64,000 nt of DNA from Myxococcota bacterium. Lineage in GTDB: Bacteria; Myxococcota_A; UBA796; SXON01. This document shows positions 37,323 to 47,464 of the stretch, piece after piece (position 1 is the stretch's first letter; every line of letters begins with the position of its first letter). The stretch covers positions 1-64,000 of the forward strand of contig JAZKFH010000043.1 of assembly GCA_040386535.1 (NCBI GenBank), written 5' to 3'. Position numbers and translations under genes: made by a program. Under the pieces are notes generated by a model that saw only the letters and a program-made list of their open reading frames with translations, did not search any database and was not told where the DNA came from.

Positions 37323-39119
37323 TCACGCCGACTTGGGCGGCTCCACCACGCGGATGTGCAGATCGCGCAGCTGCTGCTCCGACACCGTGGCCGGGGCACC
37401 CATGAGGAGATCCTCGGCCTGTTGGTTCATCGGGAAGGCGATGACGTCGCGGATCTGGGACGCGCCCGCGATGAGCATGACCATGCGGTCGATGCCGGGA
37501 GCGAGGCCGCCGTGCGGGGGGGCGCCGTGCTTGAAGGCGCGGAGGAGGCCGCCGAAGCTCTCCTCGACCTTCTCGGGGCCGTAGCCCGCGATCTCGAAGG
37601 CGCGGTACATCAGCTCGGGGCGGTGGTTGCGGACGGCGCCGCTGGAGAGCTCGATGCCGTTGCACACGATGTCGTACTGGTACGCCAGGATGTCCAGCGG
37701 GTTCATCGTGTTGAGCGCCTCCATCCCGCCCTGGGGCATGGAGAAGGGATTGTGGCTGAAGATGATCTGGCCGGTGGTGTCGTCCTTCTCGTAGAAGGGG
37801 AAATCGACCACCCAACAGAACTTGAACACGTTCTGCTCGATGACACCGAGATCCTCGCCCACCTTGGTACGCAGCAACCCGGCGACCTTGGCGGCCTTGT
37901 GGGGCTCGTCACACACGACCAACATGGAGTCGCCCGTGGTGACACCCGCCGCCGCGATGGCCTGGGTGAGGCGATCGCCGGTGAGCCACTTGGAGAGCGA
38001 GCCCTTCGCGCCGGACTCGGGCAGCTGGAGCCACGCGAGGCCGCCGGCGCCCACGAACTTGGCGTACTTCTCCATGGCGTCGAACCAGGAGCGCGACTTG
38101 TCGGCACCCTTCGGCACGGGGATGGCGCGGACCACGCCGCCCTTGGCGATGACACCCTCGAAGTAGCCGAAGCCGGAGCCGATGAAGATCTCGGTCAGAT
38201 CGGTGATCACGAGGGGATTGCGGAGGTCGGGCTTGTCGTTGCCGTACTTGAGCATCGACTCGGCGAAGGGGATGCGCGGGAACGGCGCGGGGGTGGCGGC
38301 CCAGCCATTGCCGAATTCGGCGAAGACACCGGCCAGCACAGGCTCGATGGTGGCGAAGATCTCGTCCTGCGTGACGAAGCTCATCTCCAAGTCGAGTTGG
38401 TAGAACTCGCCGGGGGAGCGGTCGGCGCGGGCGTCCTCGTCGCGGAAGCAGGGCGCGATCTGGAAGTAACGGTCGATGCCGCCCACCATGAGCAGCTGCT
38501 TGAACATCTGCGGCGCCTGGGGGAGCGCATAGAACTTGCCAGGATAACGGCGGCTCGGCACGAGGTAGTCGCGCGCGCCTTCGGGGGAGGACGCCGTGAG
38601 GATCGGGGTGCTCACCTCGACGAAGTCGAGCGCGTGCATGCGCTTGCGGATGCTCTGGATGATGTTGGCGCGCAGCTCGAGGTTCCTGACCATCGAGGCA
38701 CGGCGCAGGTCGAGGAAGCGGTGCTTGAGGCGGATGGCCTCGGACGCGTTCGGCTCGTCGGCCACGGTGAACGGCAGGCTCTCGCACACCGACATCACCT
38801 CGAAGCGCGTGACAGGCACCTCGACGAGGCCGGTGGGCATGTTGGGGTTGGGGTTCTCGCGGCGGCGCACGGTGCCGACGATCTGGACGACACTCTCGAC
38901 GGTGACCGCGTCGAGCGCGGCGAGCAGCTCGGGGTTGTTCTCGACGACACACTGGGTGAGGCCGTAGCGGTCACGCAGGTCGAGGAACAGGAGGTGGCCG
39001 AGGTTGCGCTTGCGATGGAGCCAGCCGGAGAGGGTGACCTCGACGCCGGCATCGCCCTCGCGGAGCTGACCGCAGGTGTGGGAGCGCCAGGTGTGGTTGA
39101 GCGGGGTCGAGGGGGACAT
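37323..39119 (-). CDS. aspS: Aspartate--tRNA ligase
   Basis: [70 protein letters not shown]. Confidence 0.98.
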   Translation of the reverse strand: MSPSTPLNHTWRSHTCGQLREGDAGVEVTLSGWLHRKRNLGHLLFLDLRDRYGLTQCVVENNPELLAALDAVTVESVVQIVGTVRRRENPNPNMPTGLVEVPVTRFEVMSVCESLPFTVADEPNASEAIRLKHRFLDLRRASMVRNLELRANIIQSIRKRMHALDFVEVSTPILTASSPEGARDYLVPSRRYPGKFYALPQAPQMFKQLLMVGGIDRYFQIAPCFRDEDARADRSPGEFYQLDLEMSFVTQDEIFATIEPVLAGVFAEFGNGWAATPAPFPRIPFAESMLKYGNDKPDLRNPLVITDLTEIFIGSGFGYFEGVIAKGGVVRAIPVPKGADKSRSWFDAMEKYAKFVGAGGLAWLQLPESGAKGSLSKWLTGDRLTQAIAAAGVTTGDSMLVVCDEPHKAAKVAGLLRTKVGEDLGVIEQNVFKFCWVVDFPFYEKDDTTGQIIFSHNPFSMPQGGMEALNTMNPLDILAYQYDIVCNGIELSSGAVRNHRPELMYRAFEIAGYGPEKVEESFGGLLRAFKHGAPPHGGLAPGIDRMVMLIAGASQIRDVIAFPMNQQAEDLLMGAPATVSEQQLRDLHIRVVEPPKSA

Positions 39120-39293
39120 GGGCCATTCCGGGGAAGGGGTACGGCGGGACGAGGTTCGCGCGGGGCGCTGGCCTAACCCGGGAGGGCGGCGATCGGGAGT
39201 GGGGCGGGGGCGGCTTCGTTTGCCCGCGGGTTTCCGCGGATCGGTAGCCCCGCCGACTTTCGACAGCGCGACCCGATCGGGTAGAACGCGGGG

Positions 39294-42011
39294 ATGATCT
39301 CGTCCCGCTCCGTCGTGTTGTCGCTCGTCCTCCTCTCAGCCTGCCTCCCCAAGCACGAGGCGCTCGGAAACGCCGCCTACCGCGCCGGTGACGTCGCGAC
39401 CGCGGCGGCCGAATACGACCTGGCGATGGGCGATACGCCGATGATGGACTTCGAGTACGAGCGGGTCCGGAAGAAGCGGAAGCGGCTGATGGAGGGAGAG
39501 TGGTCGCCGAAGGTCGACGCGCTGTTCGCGACCGCGCCCACCCCCACCACGCTCGCCTACGTGGAGGAGCTGTTCGTGCTGCGGAAGGAGGCGTTCGGGG
39601 CGGGCATCCCGGAGGAGCTCGCCGCGCGAATCGACGTCGAGATGCGGCGGGTGGTGTCCCCGGCGGAGCTGCGCACCGCGGACATCGCGGAGGTGCCTGG
39701 GCGCCTCGCGGCGCTGATCGCGCTCTACGACTCGGCGCTCCGCATCGGCGCCCCCCAGGATTCGATCGACGCGATCCTCGGCGCCTACGCCGAGAGCCTC
39801 GCCGTCGGCTTCCCCGCGCCCGGGCCCACCGAGGGGCTCGACCGGCTCACGCAACTGCTCGACCTGCGCGAGCAGATGCGCACCCGGCGCTTTCCCGGCC
39901 CCATCGACGCGGCGCTCGACGCCGAGCTCCAGCGCGTCGCGGACGCATCGTTCGTCCCCGCCACCGCCGCGAACGCCGTCGCCCGCTTCGACGCCACCCT
40001 CACGCTACGCACCCGCGCGCGCGCCTTCTCCGCGCCCCCCGCCGCCGTCGTCCTGGCCGACCGCGCCCACGAGGACGCGCTCACCCACGTGCTCGCGCGC
40101 GCCGACGCGGAGTCCGCGGCCCACCGCTACCTTCCGCTCTACGACGAGCTGACCCCGCTCGCGGTGCGGGTCGAGCCCGGCCACCCGCTCCTCGCCCGGC
40201 TCGCCGGTGTCGCCGCCGAGGGCGCCTCCTGGCACACCGCCGAGGCCGCCGCGCTCCCGGACGGCTTCCGCAAGCTCCTCCACAAGTCGCTCGCGGGCAC
40301 GCTCCTCGGCAAGCGCGTCCTCGCCGAGGCCGCGCGCAAGGCGCTCGAGCCGTCGTTCACCACGTCACTGACGCTCCAGGCGCAGCTCTCCGTGGACCCC
40401 TCGTGCGCCGGCATGGGCGAGCTGGTCACCGGGGCGCTCGGCAAGGGCGCGCGCGCGATGCCGATGCCGCTCGCGCTCACCAGCTGCGTCGGGCGCGAGG
40501 GGGACAGCGTGTCCTACCGCGACCACAGCTACACGGCGGAGGAGATCTACTACGTCCAGGAGAACGTCCAGGTCGGCACGCGCACCGAGCAGGTCATCTC
40601 CGGGTACCACGACGAGCAGTGCAGCAAGCCGTCGAGCCTCGACGGCTACGTGTGGACGGGCGTGTGCCAGGTGGCCGACTACAAGACCGAGACGTACCCG
40701 GTGTACGAGCTCCAGGACGTGGAGAAGCGCCGCGACGTCACGCGGACCGTGCAGTATGCCGTGACGACGCGCACCGTGCAGGTCGACGTGGGGGGCGTCG
40801 CGACGCTCACCTGGGACGACGGCACCGCGCTCCGCGTACCCTTCGACCACCGCCGCACGGTGGCGGCCGAGGGGTGGTCGTACGACGTGCCCGGCCGCAC
40901 CTCGGCGGACGCGAGCAGCCGCTTCACGCAGACGATCTCGTCGTCGCACTCGGTCGCCGCGTTCCGTCGGGAGGCAGGATCGGCGGTGGCCGGCGACATC
41001 GGCACCAACATGGCGGCGGCCGTGCGGGCACATCGGGCCCGGCTCGCGCGGGCGGAGGGGCAACGCGCCCTGACCGCGGGTGATGCGGCGGGCGCGGGCG
41101 AGGCCTTCGTGCGGTCCGTGCTGCACGACGGCAAGGCCGAAGCGGAGGCGGCGGCGTGGTTCCTGGCGGACGCTGGTCTGTCCGCGACGCAGGTGGAGAC
41201 GGTGTTGGCGGCGGGTGGCGCGACACGCGCCCAACCCGCGGGAACGCCCCTGCCCGTCGCGAGCGCCTACACGTCCGACGGCATCACGGTTGGCGCGGGG
41301 GCGGCAATGCGCAAGGACATGGTGGTCGACGGCATCACGACCGAGACCTACCAGAAGGGCATCGTCCCGCCGAACGAGTTCGTCGACTTCCACGTCGGCA
41401 TCGTCCCCACCGAGATCCAGACGGGGAAGCCCGGCGCACGCATGGGGGCGGCCGTCGGCTTCGACATGCACTACAACTTCCTCGAGATGGCCCTGAAGCT
41501 GCGCTACGGGCTGGTCGTGCACGACCAATTCGGGCTCCGTTTCACGATGGGCATGATCCCGCCGAAGTTGAAGCAGGAGTACACGAACGGCGAGGACGAG
41601 GGCCCGATCGCGGTCACGGTCGACCCGAGCTACGCGCTCTACCTCGGCCTGCGGCTGCCCTACTTCGGCGTCTTCGCCGGGGGCTCGGCCGGCTACCTGC
41701 ACGCCGCCGGCGGCGACACCGTGGCGTTCGGTTACCACGTGGAGCCCGGCGCGCGGCTCACCCTGCGCACGTTCCGCACCTACCAGATCATCGTCGAAGC
41801 GTCGGGGTTCGTGTCGATCCCCGGCGTGCCCCGCAAGGACCGGCTGATGGTGTCGTTCCCGGTGCTCGGGCGGAAGGGCATGGACATCAAGATCTCGGCC
41901 GAGCGCACCCTGCTCCCGGCGCGCCACCTCGCGGCGGACGGGGAGACGAAGGAGTCGCTCGGGGTGCTGCCGGTCAACATCGTGGGGGTGCAGGTGGGCG
42001 CGCGGCTTTGA
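39294..42011 (+). CDS. Large hypothetical lipoprotein (helical/TPR-like N-half, possible C-terminal beta-barrel)
   Basis: LLSAC lipobox; helical repeats; about 200 C-terminal aa of alternating strands ending VGVQVGARL. Confidence 0.8.
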   Translation: MISSRSVVLSLVLLSACLPKHEALGNAAYRAGDVATAAAEYDLAMGDTPMMDFEYERVRKKRKRLMEGEWSPKVDALFATAPTPTTLAYVEELFVLRKEAFGAGIPEELAARIDVEMRRVVSPAELRTADIAEVPGRLAALIALYDSALRIGAPQDSIDAILGAYAESLAVGFPAPGPTEGLDRLTQLLDLREQMRTRRFPGPIDAALDAELQRVADASFVPATAANAVARFDATLTLRTRARAFSAPPAAVVLADRAHEDALTHVLARADAESAAHRYLPLYDELTPLAVRVEPGHPLLARLAGVAAEGASWHTAEAAALPDGFRKLLHKSLAGTLLGKRVLAEAARKALEPSFTTSLTLQAQLSVDPSCAGMGELVTGALGKGARAMPMPLALTSCVGREGDSVSYRDHSYTAEEIYYVQENVQVGTRTEQVISGYHDEQCSKPSSLDGYVWTGVCQVADYKTETYPVYELQDVEKRRDVTRTVQYAVTTRTVQVDVGGVATLTWDDGTALRVPFDHRRTVAAEGWSYDVPGRTSADASSRFTQTISSSHSVAAFRREAGSAVAGDIGTNMAAAVRAHRARLARAEGQRALTAGDAAGAGEAFVRSVLHDGKAEAEAAAWFLADAGLSATQVETVLAAGGATRAQPAGTPLPVASAYTSDGITVGAGAAMRKDMVVDGITTETYQKGIVPPNEFVDFHVGIVPTEIQTGKPGARMGAAVGFDMHYNFLEMALKLRYGLVVHDQFGLRFTMGMIPPKLKQEYTNGEDEGPIAVTVDPSYALYLGLRLPYFGVFAGGSAGYLHAAGGDTVAFGYHVEPGARLTLRTFRTYQIIVEASGFVSIPGVPRKDRLMVSFPVLGRKGMDIKISAERTLLPARHLAADGETKESLGVLPVNIVGVQVGARL

Positions 42012-42026
42012 GGGCGCCCCGCCGGG

Positions 42027-43241
42027 TCAGCCCCCGAACAACCCCTTCTCCCGACTGATCCGCTCCTTGATCCCGCCCCACGCGTTGGGCGACGACTTGA
42101 AGTTGGTCTTCACCTTCGAGTCCTTGTCGTCCTGCAAGGTGGTGCCGACCTCGTCCGCGGTGAGGGGCGTCTTCTTGGCGTCCTGCTTGGCCTTGACCGC
42201 GTCCGCCATGCCCTTGGCGAGGCCGCCGTATTGGTTCACGGTGCCGATGGCGACGTCGTACAGGTCGAGGTCCTTGCGGGCCTCGGCGGACACGCCCGCC
42301 TGGTCGAAGAAGGTGGTCACCTCGTCGGCCTTGTCGTGCTCGAGGAACCGCTCCTGCGCCTTGCCGAAGGCCTTGTTCTCCTTGGCGGTCAGGTCCTTCC
42401 AGAGGGCGTCGAACTCGGGGCTGGTGACGCCGTTCTTCTTCACGACCTCCTGCAGGCGGGCGCTGTAGGGGTTGTCCTTCCAATTCACGAAGCGCATCAC
42501 CGTGCTGCCGGTCACCGCGTCCTCGCTCTTCTTGCTGCCGTCCTTGTAGATGTAGGACTCGAATTGGTAGGTGCCGTAGGTCTTGCCGCCCGAGTCGTCT
42601 TCCTTGTCGGGGTTGGTGATGGCGCCGACCGCGTAGGGATCGGCCTTGGTGCGGTACATGTCCGACTCGGAGTAGGCCGTGGCACGGTATTTCGGGATGA
42701 AGTTGGTTTCGGAGTGGCCGGCGGCGCGGAACTCGTCGCGCAGGCCGAGCTTGGTGAGGGTGCCCTTGCCGGCGATGCCGTCGTCACCGAGCTTGTTGGC
42801 CTTCTGCCAGGTCTTGAGCGCGGTGGTGGTCGCGGCGTCGAACTTGCCGGTGACAGGGATGGCGAGCGCGGTCTGGAGCGCCTCGACGTCGGGGCCCTCC
42901 GCGCCCTCCTTGAGGGTACCGGCTACGTGGGGCTTCTTGGCCCACTCCGGGGTGTCGCTGGCGGCGGCCTTGGGGTCGGCGGCCTTCGTGTCGACGGTGG
43001 GCGCGACGGCCGCCTTGCCATCCATCGCCGCCGCGGGGCCCGCCAAGGAGGCGGCGAGGGAGGCCGCGAGCGCCGCGTTCCCCAGGCCGGGCCGGCCGGC
43101 GGGGGTGGGCCCGCGGGCCCCGCCCTGGAGGCGCTCGGCCGTGGCGGCGTTGCCCGGCCCGGCGCTGGCGGGGGCGGCCCGGACGGGAGCGGGGGCGGCG
43201 GGAGGGGCGGCGGCGGGCTTGTGGGAGCGGCTCGGGGGCAT
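42027..43241 (-). CDS. Peptidoglycan-binding protein with lysozyme-like (VgrG3-C-type) glycoside hydrolase domain
   Basis: GNAA motifs in low-complexity N-terminus; LKEGAEGPDVEALQ...WQKANKLGDDGIAG..T (PG_binding_1); YSES...DSGGKTYGTYQF...RISRE. Confidence 0.75.
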   Translation of the reverse strand: MPPSRSHKPAAAPPAAPAPVRAAPASAGPGNAATAERLQGGARGPTPAGRPGLGNAALAASLAASLAGPAAAMDGKAAVAPTVDTKAADPKAAASDTPEWAKKPHVAGTLKEGAEGPDVEALQTALAIPVTGKFDAATTTALKTWQKANKLGDDGIAGKGTLTKLGLRDEFRAAGHSETNFIPKYRATAYSESDMYRTKADPYAVGAITNPDKEDDSGGKTYGTYQFESYIYKDGSKKSEDAVTGSTVMRFVNWKDNPYSARLQEVVKKNGVTSPEFDALWKDLTAKENKAFGKAQERFLEHDKADEVTTFFDQAGVSAEARKDLDLYDVAIGTVNQYGGLAKGMADAVKAKQDAKKTPLTADEVGTTLQDDKDSKVKTNFKSSPNAWGGIKERISREKGLFGG

Positions 43242-43401
43242 CGTCGTCACCGGGTTGCGAAGCTGTAGGGTACGAGGTTCGCCCGACCCCGACAAGCCCC
43301 GTCTCCGGCGCCGTCGCACTCGAGATTTGTCGGCCTTTCCTGATCCAGTTTCGCGTGTCGCGGCATGATGGACGGTGCGGCGCGGCGCGCCCTGGAGTTC
43401 C

Positions 43402-44001
43402 ATGTTCCTGTTCCTCTTCGCCTGCACCCCCGCCACCATCGACCTGTCCAACACGTCCGACCCGAGGGTGAGCGACCCGATGGCCGACGCGGACACCGAC
43501 ACCGACGCCGATACGGACGCGGACACCGACGCCGATACGGACACCGACGCCGACACGGACGCGGACACCGATGCCGACACGGACGCCGATACCGATGCGG
43601 ACACGGACGCCGACACCGACACCGAGCCCGTCGTGTCGAACGCGGGGGACTACGAGGGCTCTGTGGAGGGGCTGTACAGCTGGGAAGACGGCGGCTGGGG
43701 CGGTGGGGACGACAACGAGGTGCCCTGCTGGGGCGAGTTCGCGGTGACCGTGTCCGAGGGCGGCGACCTCACGGGGAGCGCGGCGTGCTCCGGCGAGTGG
43801 TACGGCAGCGACCTCGAAGGCGAGCTCGTCGGCACCGTGGCGGCGGGCCGCGTCACGGCCACCTGGACGGTCTACTTCGGCTGGGAGAACGTCACGTTCG
43901 ACGTCGACGGGACCGTGGCCGACGGCGATCTGGACCTGGAGATCGACGACGACCTCGGCGGCGGGCAACACTTCACCGCCGAGCTGAGCGGGCGGCGGTA
44001 G
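43402..44001 (+). CDS. Lipoprotein with (DA/DT)n acidic tether
   Basis: MFLFLFAC; about 46-aa DADT repeat; small beta-rich C-domain with two Cys. Confidence 0.8.
   Translation: MFLFLFACTPATIDLSNTSDPRVSDPMADADTDTDADTDADTDADTDTDADTDADTDADTDADTDADTDADTDTEPVVSNAGDYEGSVEGLYSWEDGGWGGGDDNEVPCWGEFAVTVSEGGDLTGSAACSGEWYGSDLEGELVGTVAAGRVTATWTVYFGWENVTFDVDGTVADGDLDLEIDDDLGGGQHFTAELSGRR
43486..43623 (+). repeat. Coding 6/12-bp repeat (DADT)n
   Basis: Alternating GACGCG/GACACC/GATACG units. Confidence 0.9.
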
Positions 44002-44201
44002 GAGCCCGTAGTGCATAGCCCGGCTCTGCCGGGCGGTGCGGTCCGTCGCGAGGGGCACGAGCCGCGAGCGGAGGGCCACCCCCACAGCCGGCCATCCGGG
44101 AAGGCGTACCTCGGGTACGTCGAGCGGATGGCCGGCGAGGAGGTGGGCATACGCCGCGGATCGGGACCCGCAGCAGGACCGCAATGCACTACGGGCTCCT
44201 A
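43999..44201. mobile_element. 203-bp MITE-like long hairpin with TA ends
   Basis: Perfect 18-bp terminal IR TAGGAGCCCGTAGTGCAT / ATGCACTACGGGCTCCTA; nested arms GCGGTCC/GGACCGC, GCCGGCCATCCG/CGGATGGCCGGC, CGTACC/GGTACG. Confidence 0.85.
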
Positions 44202-44203
44202 AG

Positions 44204-44336
44204 CGCGCCAGGCGCCCGGAAGTCGGCCGCCCGTCCGCGGGCGGCCGGTCCCCGCCGTCCGCGGCGGGACCAAGCGGCTTTGCCGCGCGACTGGAGGGGG
44301 CCGACGGGGCCGCGTCCGCGCGGGCCCGGGGCGCCC
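44204..44336 (-). repeat. Dispersed structured intergenic element, copy 8
   Basis: Reverse complement GGGCGCC...CTCCAGTCGCGCGGCAAAGCCGCTTGGTC-CCGCCG CGGA CGGCGG-G-GACC-hairpin-CTTCCGGGCGCCTGGCGCG. Confidence 0.85.
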
Positions 44337-44372
44337 GTGTCCTCGGCGGAAACAACGGCTACACTGGCGGCG

Positions 44373-45038
44373 ATGCTCTCGCTGCTTTTTCTCCTCGCCC
44401 CGCCCGCGCTGGCCGCCACCACCGCCGAGCTCCGCGCCGGTCTCGCCGACCAGTCGGGCTGGAAGGAGATCACGACGAAGCAGGTGGCCGACGTGGGGGA
44501 CATCCTCATCCGCCACAAGGAGATCGCGGGGGTGGACTGCCTGGAGGGCAGCACGTCCGCGGCGCTGCCGGCCGATGCGTTCCTCACCGCGTCCGCCGAC
44601 ATCCCCACGCAGCCGAAGTGGTCGAGCTGGAAGGTGCCGGTGTCCGTCAAGCTGGGCGGCAGCGCCACCTCGCTGGACTACTACCAGGTGCTCGACAACC
44701 CGCCCCCCATCGCGGACCGGTACTGGTTCCTGCACGGCACGGTCGGCCGTGTGGGCGAGGACCGCGTGTTCACCTGGGAGCTGGTCGACCCGGTCACGGC
44801 GTGGCCCGCCGCGCTCGCCGACGTGAGCCGGGACTGGCCCGACGCCGTGATGACACGCGTGAACGTGGGGGATTGGACGTTCAGCCCGCAAGGCGCGACG
44901 ACCCGCATCCGCTACCGCATCTGCACGGACGCCGGCGGCAACATCCCCCGGTGGGTCGGCGAGATCGCCGCGACCCGCACGTTGCCGACCAACATCGCCG
45001 ACATCGTGAAGGAGGTCCGGCGGCGCGTGGGCGGGTGA
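44373..45038 (+). CDS. Exported START/SRPBCC-like domain protein
   Basis: Signal MLSLLFLLAPPALA; YQVLDNPPPIADR, GDWTF, TDAGGNIPRWV pattern of START domains. Confidence 0.75.
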   Translation: MLSLLFLLAPPALAATTAELRAGLADQSGWKEITTKQVADVGDILIRHKEIAGVDCLEGSTSAALPADAFLTASADIPTQPKWSSWKVPVSVKLGGSATSLDYYQVLDNPPPIADRYWFLHGTVGRVGEDRVFTWELVDPVTAWPAALADVSRDWPDAVMTRVNVGDWTFSPQGATTRIRYRICTDAGGNIPRWVGEIAATRTLPTNIADIVKEVRRRVGG

Positions 45039-45110
45039 GAGGCGCGCCCGGGCGATGCGTCGGAGCGAGATTCCCGGGCGGCGGCGCGCGCGCCGGGTGA
45101 AGGGGTTCGT

Positions 45111-46100
45111 ATGTGGCTCCTCGTGTCCAACCCCACGGCCCACTCGGGCAACGCCGCCCACCGGCTCGAAGCGGCGGTGGCCGCCTTGCACGCCCAGGGG
45201 GTCGAGGTGACGCTGCTCGCGACCCTGCCCGAGCGGGGCACCGTCGGCGCCGTGGCCGCCGCGCTGCGCGAGGGGGCGTTCCGTGGGGTCATCGCCATGG
45301 GCGGCGACGGCACGTTCCACGAGGTGGCGAACGGGCTGTTGGCGAGCGGGCTCCACGGGGACGGGCGATCGTTTCCGCTCGCGCTCCTCCCGGCCGGCAC
45401 CGGCAACAACCAGGCGCGCGCGCTGGGGCTGCCCCTGGGTGACCTCGACGCCGCCGTGGCGCGCATCGTGGCGGGGCAGACAGCGCCGATGGACGGGGCG
45501 CGGGTCATCGCCTGGGATGCTCTAGGGCTGCCCCTCGGCGACGCGTGGGCGTTCGACTCCGTGGGCTTCGGCTTCTCCGCGCGGGCGCTCCAATACCCGT
45601 TCGAGGACAAGGCCGAGGTGGAGCAGCTGCCGCTCTGGCGCGCGATCTACCGCAACGAGCTGGTGTACGCGGGCGCCGTGGTGCGGGCGCTGTTCGGCTC
45701 CTCCGTCGAGGACCACCGCTTCGACGCGCTGGTGACGACGGAGCACGGCCAGCGCCTGTACGAGGACCTGCACGACCTCGTGGTGAACAACACGCGCTAC
45801 TACGCCCGCGCCTGGGTGCTCGATCCGTTGAGCCGGCACGACGACGGGGAGATGGAGCTCCTGCCGATCCGTGGGCTCGAAGAGTGGGCCGAACGCGCCC
45901 TGGTCGATCTGGACGGCAGCCCGCTGCGCGCGTGGTTCGACGAGCAGCCCAAGCTCCTGCGAGCCTCGTGGTTCGAGCTCGAGCTGCGCGAGCGCCCGAA
46001 CGGCCCGCCCATCCCCGCCCAGGTCGACGGCGAGCCCTGGCCCGCCGTCCGGCGGGTCCGCATCGAGGTGTCGCGCGGGGTGCTCGAGGTGGTGGTGTGA
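45111..46100 (+). CDS. Diacylglycerol kinase family (YegS/DAGK) lipid kinase
   Basis: NPTA.SG, GGDGT..EV.NG, LPAGTGN, DDG.ME, QVDGE. Confidence 0.92.
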   Translation: MWLLVSNPTAHSGNAAHRLEAAVAALHAQGVEVTLLATLPERGTVGAVAAALREGAFRGVIAMGGDGTFHEVANGLLASGLHGDGRSFPLALLPAGTGNNQARALGLPLGDLDAAVARIVAGQTAPMDGARVIAWDALGLPLGDAWAFDSVGFGFSARALQYPFEDKAEVEQLPLWRAIYRNELVYAGAVVRALFGSSVEDHRFDALVTTEHGQRLYEDLHDLVVNNTRYYARAWVLDPLSRHDDGEMELLPIRGLEEWAERALVDLDGSPLRAWFDEQPKLLRASWFELELRERPNGPPIPAQVDGEPWPAVRRVRIEVSRGVLEVVV

Positions 46101-46115
46101 CGCGCCGACGCTGGA

Positions 46116-46171
46116 TGATCCGGCTCTCGGTGATCCGGCTCTGGGTGATCCGACCGCCGCACGCGTCCGTA
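46116..46171 (+). promoter_or_regulatory. RpoE-ChrR (ECF11)-type promoter with triplicated -35
   Basis: TGATCC at 46116, 46131, 46146 (15-bp period); last copy is TGATCC-N16-CGTA (46146-46171), directly upstream of the sigma gene. Confidence 0.75.
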
Positions 46172-46181
46172 GAACCCGAGA

Positions 46182-46760
46182 ATGGGCTTGGCTGCTACCC
46201 AATACCCCGCACCCGTTGACTGGACCGACGCGCCCGACGGGACGCTCGTCGCCGCGATCGCCGAGGAGCGCGACCGCGACGCCTTCGCCGAGCTGTTCTC
46301 GCGCTACGCCACGCGCGTGCGGGCGTTCCTCGGGGCAGGCGGGCTCGCGCCCACGCTCGCGGACGAGCTGACCCAGGAGATCCTGCTGGAGGTGTGGCGG
46401 CGCGCCGAGCGCTACGACCCCGCCCGCGCCGGGGTCTCCACGTGGATCTTCACCATCGCGCGCAGCCGGCGCATCGACACGTTGCGGCGGGAGCGGGTGA
46501 TGGTGGTCGAGGCGGAGGAGTACGAGCCCGTCGCCTCGCCCGAGCTTCAAATCGACCGCGAACGGTCGGACGGCGCGCTCCGGGCTGCGCTGGGTTCGTT
46601 GCCGAGCGAGCAGGTGGCCGTGCTCGACGGCGCCTACTTCGCGGGCAAGTCGATGTCCGAGATCGCCGAGGAGCTGCGGCTCCCCGTCGGGACGGTCAAG
46701 TCACGGGTGCGCCTCGCGGTGGACAAGCTCCGCGGCGCGCTCCACGGAGGTCGGGCATGA
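46182..46760 (+). CDS. rpoE: ECF sigma-70 factor (RpoE, ChrR-associated group)
   Basis: AFAELF, VWRRAERYDP, TWIFTIAR.RRID, P.GTVKSRVR; coupled to chrR. Confidence 0.9.
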   Translation: MGLAATQYPAPVDWTDAPDGTLVAAIAEERDRDAFAELFSRYATRVRAFLGAGGLAPTLADELTQEILLEVWRRAERYDPARAGVSTWIFTIARSRRIDTLRRERVMVVEAEEYEPVASPELQIDRERSDGALRAALGSLPSEQVAVLDGAYFAGKSMSEIAEELRLPVGTVKSRVRLAVDKLRGALHGGRA

Positions 46761-47389
46761 CGCCGCGCCATCACGTCACGGACGAGCTCCTCTCCGCTTA
46801 CGCCGCGGGCACCGCCTCGGAGGCCGTCGCGCTGTTCGTGACCGCGCACGCGAGCCTGTGCGCCGCGTGCCGCGCGCGCATCGCGGACGAGGAAGCTGTG
46901 GGCGGCGCCCTGCTCGCCGCGGTGGCGCCCACGCGTCGGGACGACCTGCTCGCGCGCACCCTCGCCCGCCTCGACGAGGCGCATCCGGTCGAGCCCGCCC
47001 CGCTCCCGCGCCACCCCGTGCTTCCGGGGCCCGTTCTGCGGCTGGCGGGCGGCGAGCCCGCGTGGCGCCGCGTCGTGCCGGGCCTCGAGATCGCCGAGCT
47101 CCCCATGTCCCTCGCGGGGAACCCCGTGGTGCTGACACGGCTCGCGCCGGGCACGGTCGTGCCCGCCCACACCCACGCGGGGTGGGAGCTCCAGCTGGTG
47201 CTCTCGGGCGGCTATCAGGCGGACGACGGCCGCTTCGACCGCGGGGACGCCCACTGTGCAAACGCGGAAGTGACACACGGCTTCCGCGTCGATGCCGACG
47301 CCCCGTGCATCTCCTTGCTCGTGCGGGAAGCGCGGATCGTGCCGCGCACGTTGATGGGGCGCGTCTTCTGTTGGGTGACCGGCGCCTGA
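46757..47389 (+). CDS. chrR: ChrR-family anti-sigma factor (ZAS + cupin)
   Basis: HH...L.AYAAG, HASLCAAC (HxxxCxxC), cupin PAHTH.G.E..LVL.G; ATGA overlap. Confidence 0.9.
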   Translation: MTPRHHVTDELLSAYAAGTASEAVALFVTAHASLCAACRARIADEEAVGGALLAAVAPTRRDDLLARTLARLDEAHPVEPAPLPRHPVLPGPVLRLAGGEPAWRRVVPGLEIAELPMSLAGNPVVLTRLAPGTVVPAHTHAGWELQLVLSGGYQADDGRFDRGDAHCANAEVTHGFRVDADAPCISLLVREARIVPRTLMGRVFCWVTGA

Positions 47390-47391
47390 TC

Positions 47392-47417
47392 TGATCCGAT
47401 GCGGCGCGGCTCGCGTA
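47392..47417 (+). promoter_or_regulatory. Second ECF11-type promoter, upstream of globin gene
   Basis: TGATCC-N16-CGTA, same spacing as the promoter of the sigma gene. Confidence 0.75.
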
Positions 47418-47464
47418 CACCCCATGGGACCAACCACACCACGTGGCACTCCCAGGAAGGCTAC

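Noticed and set aside
43341..43370. Third TGATCC as ECF11 promoter for the DADT lipoprotein
   Set aside because: Sequence 16 nt downstream is GCAT, not CGTA.
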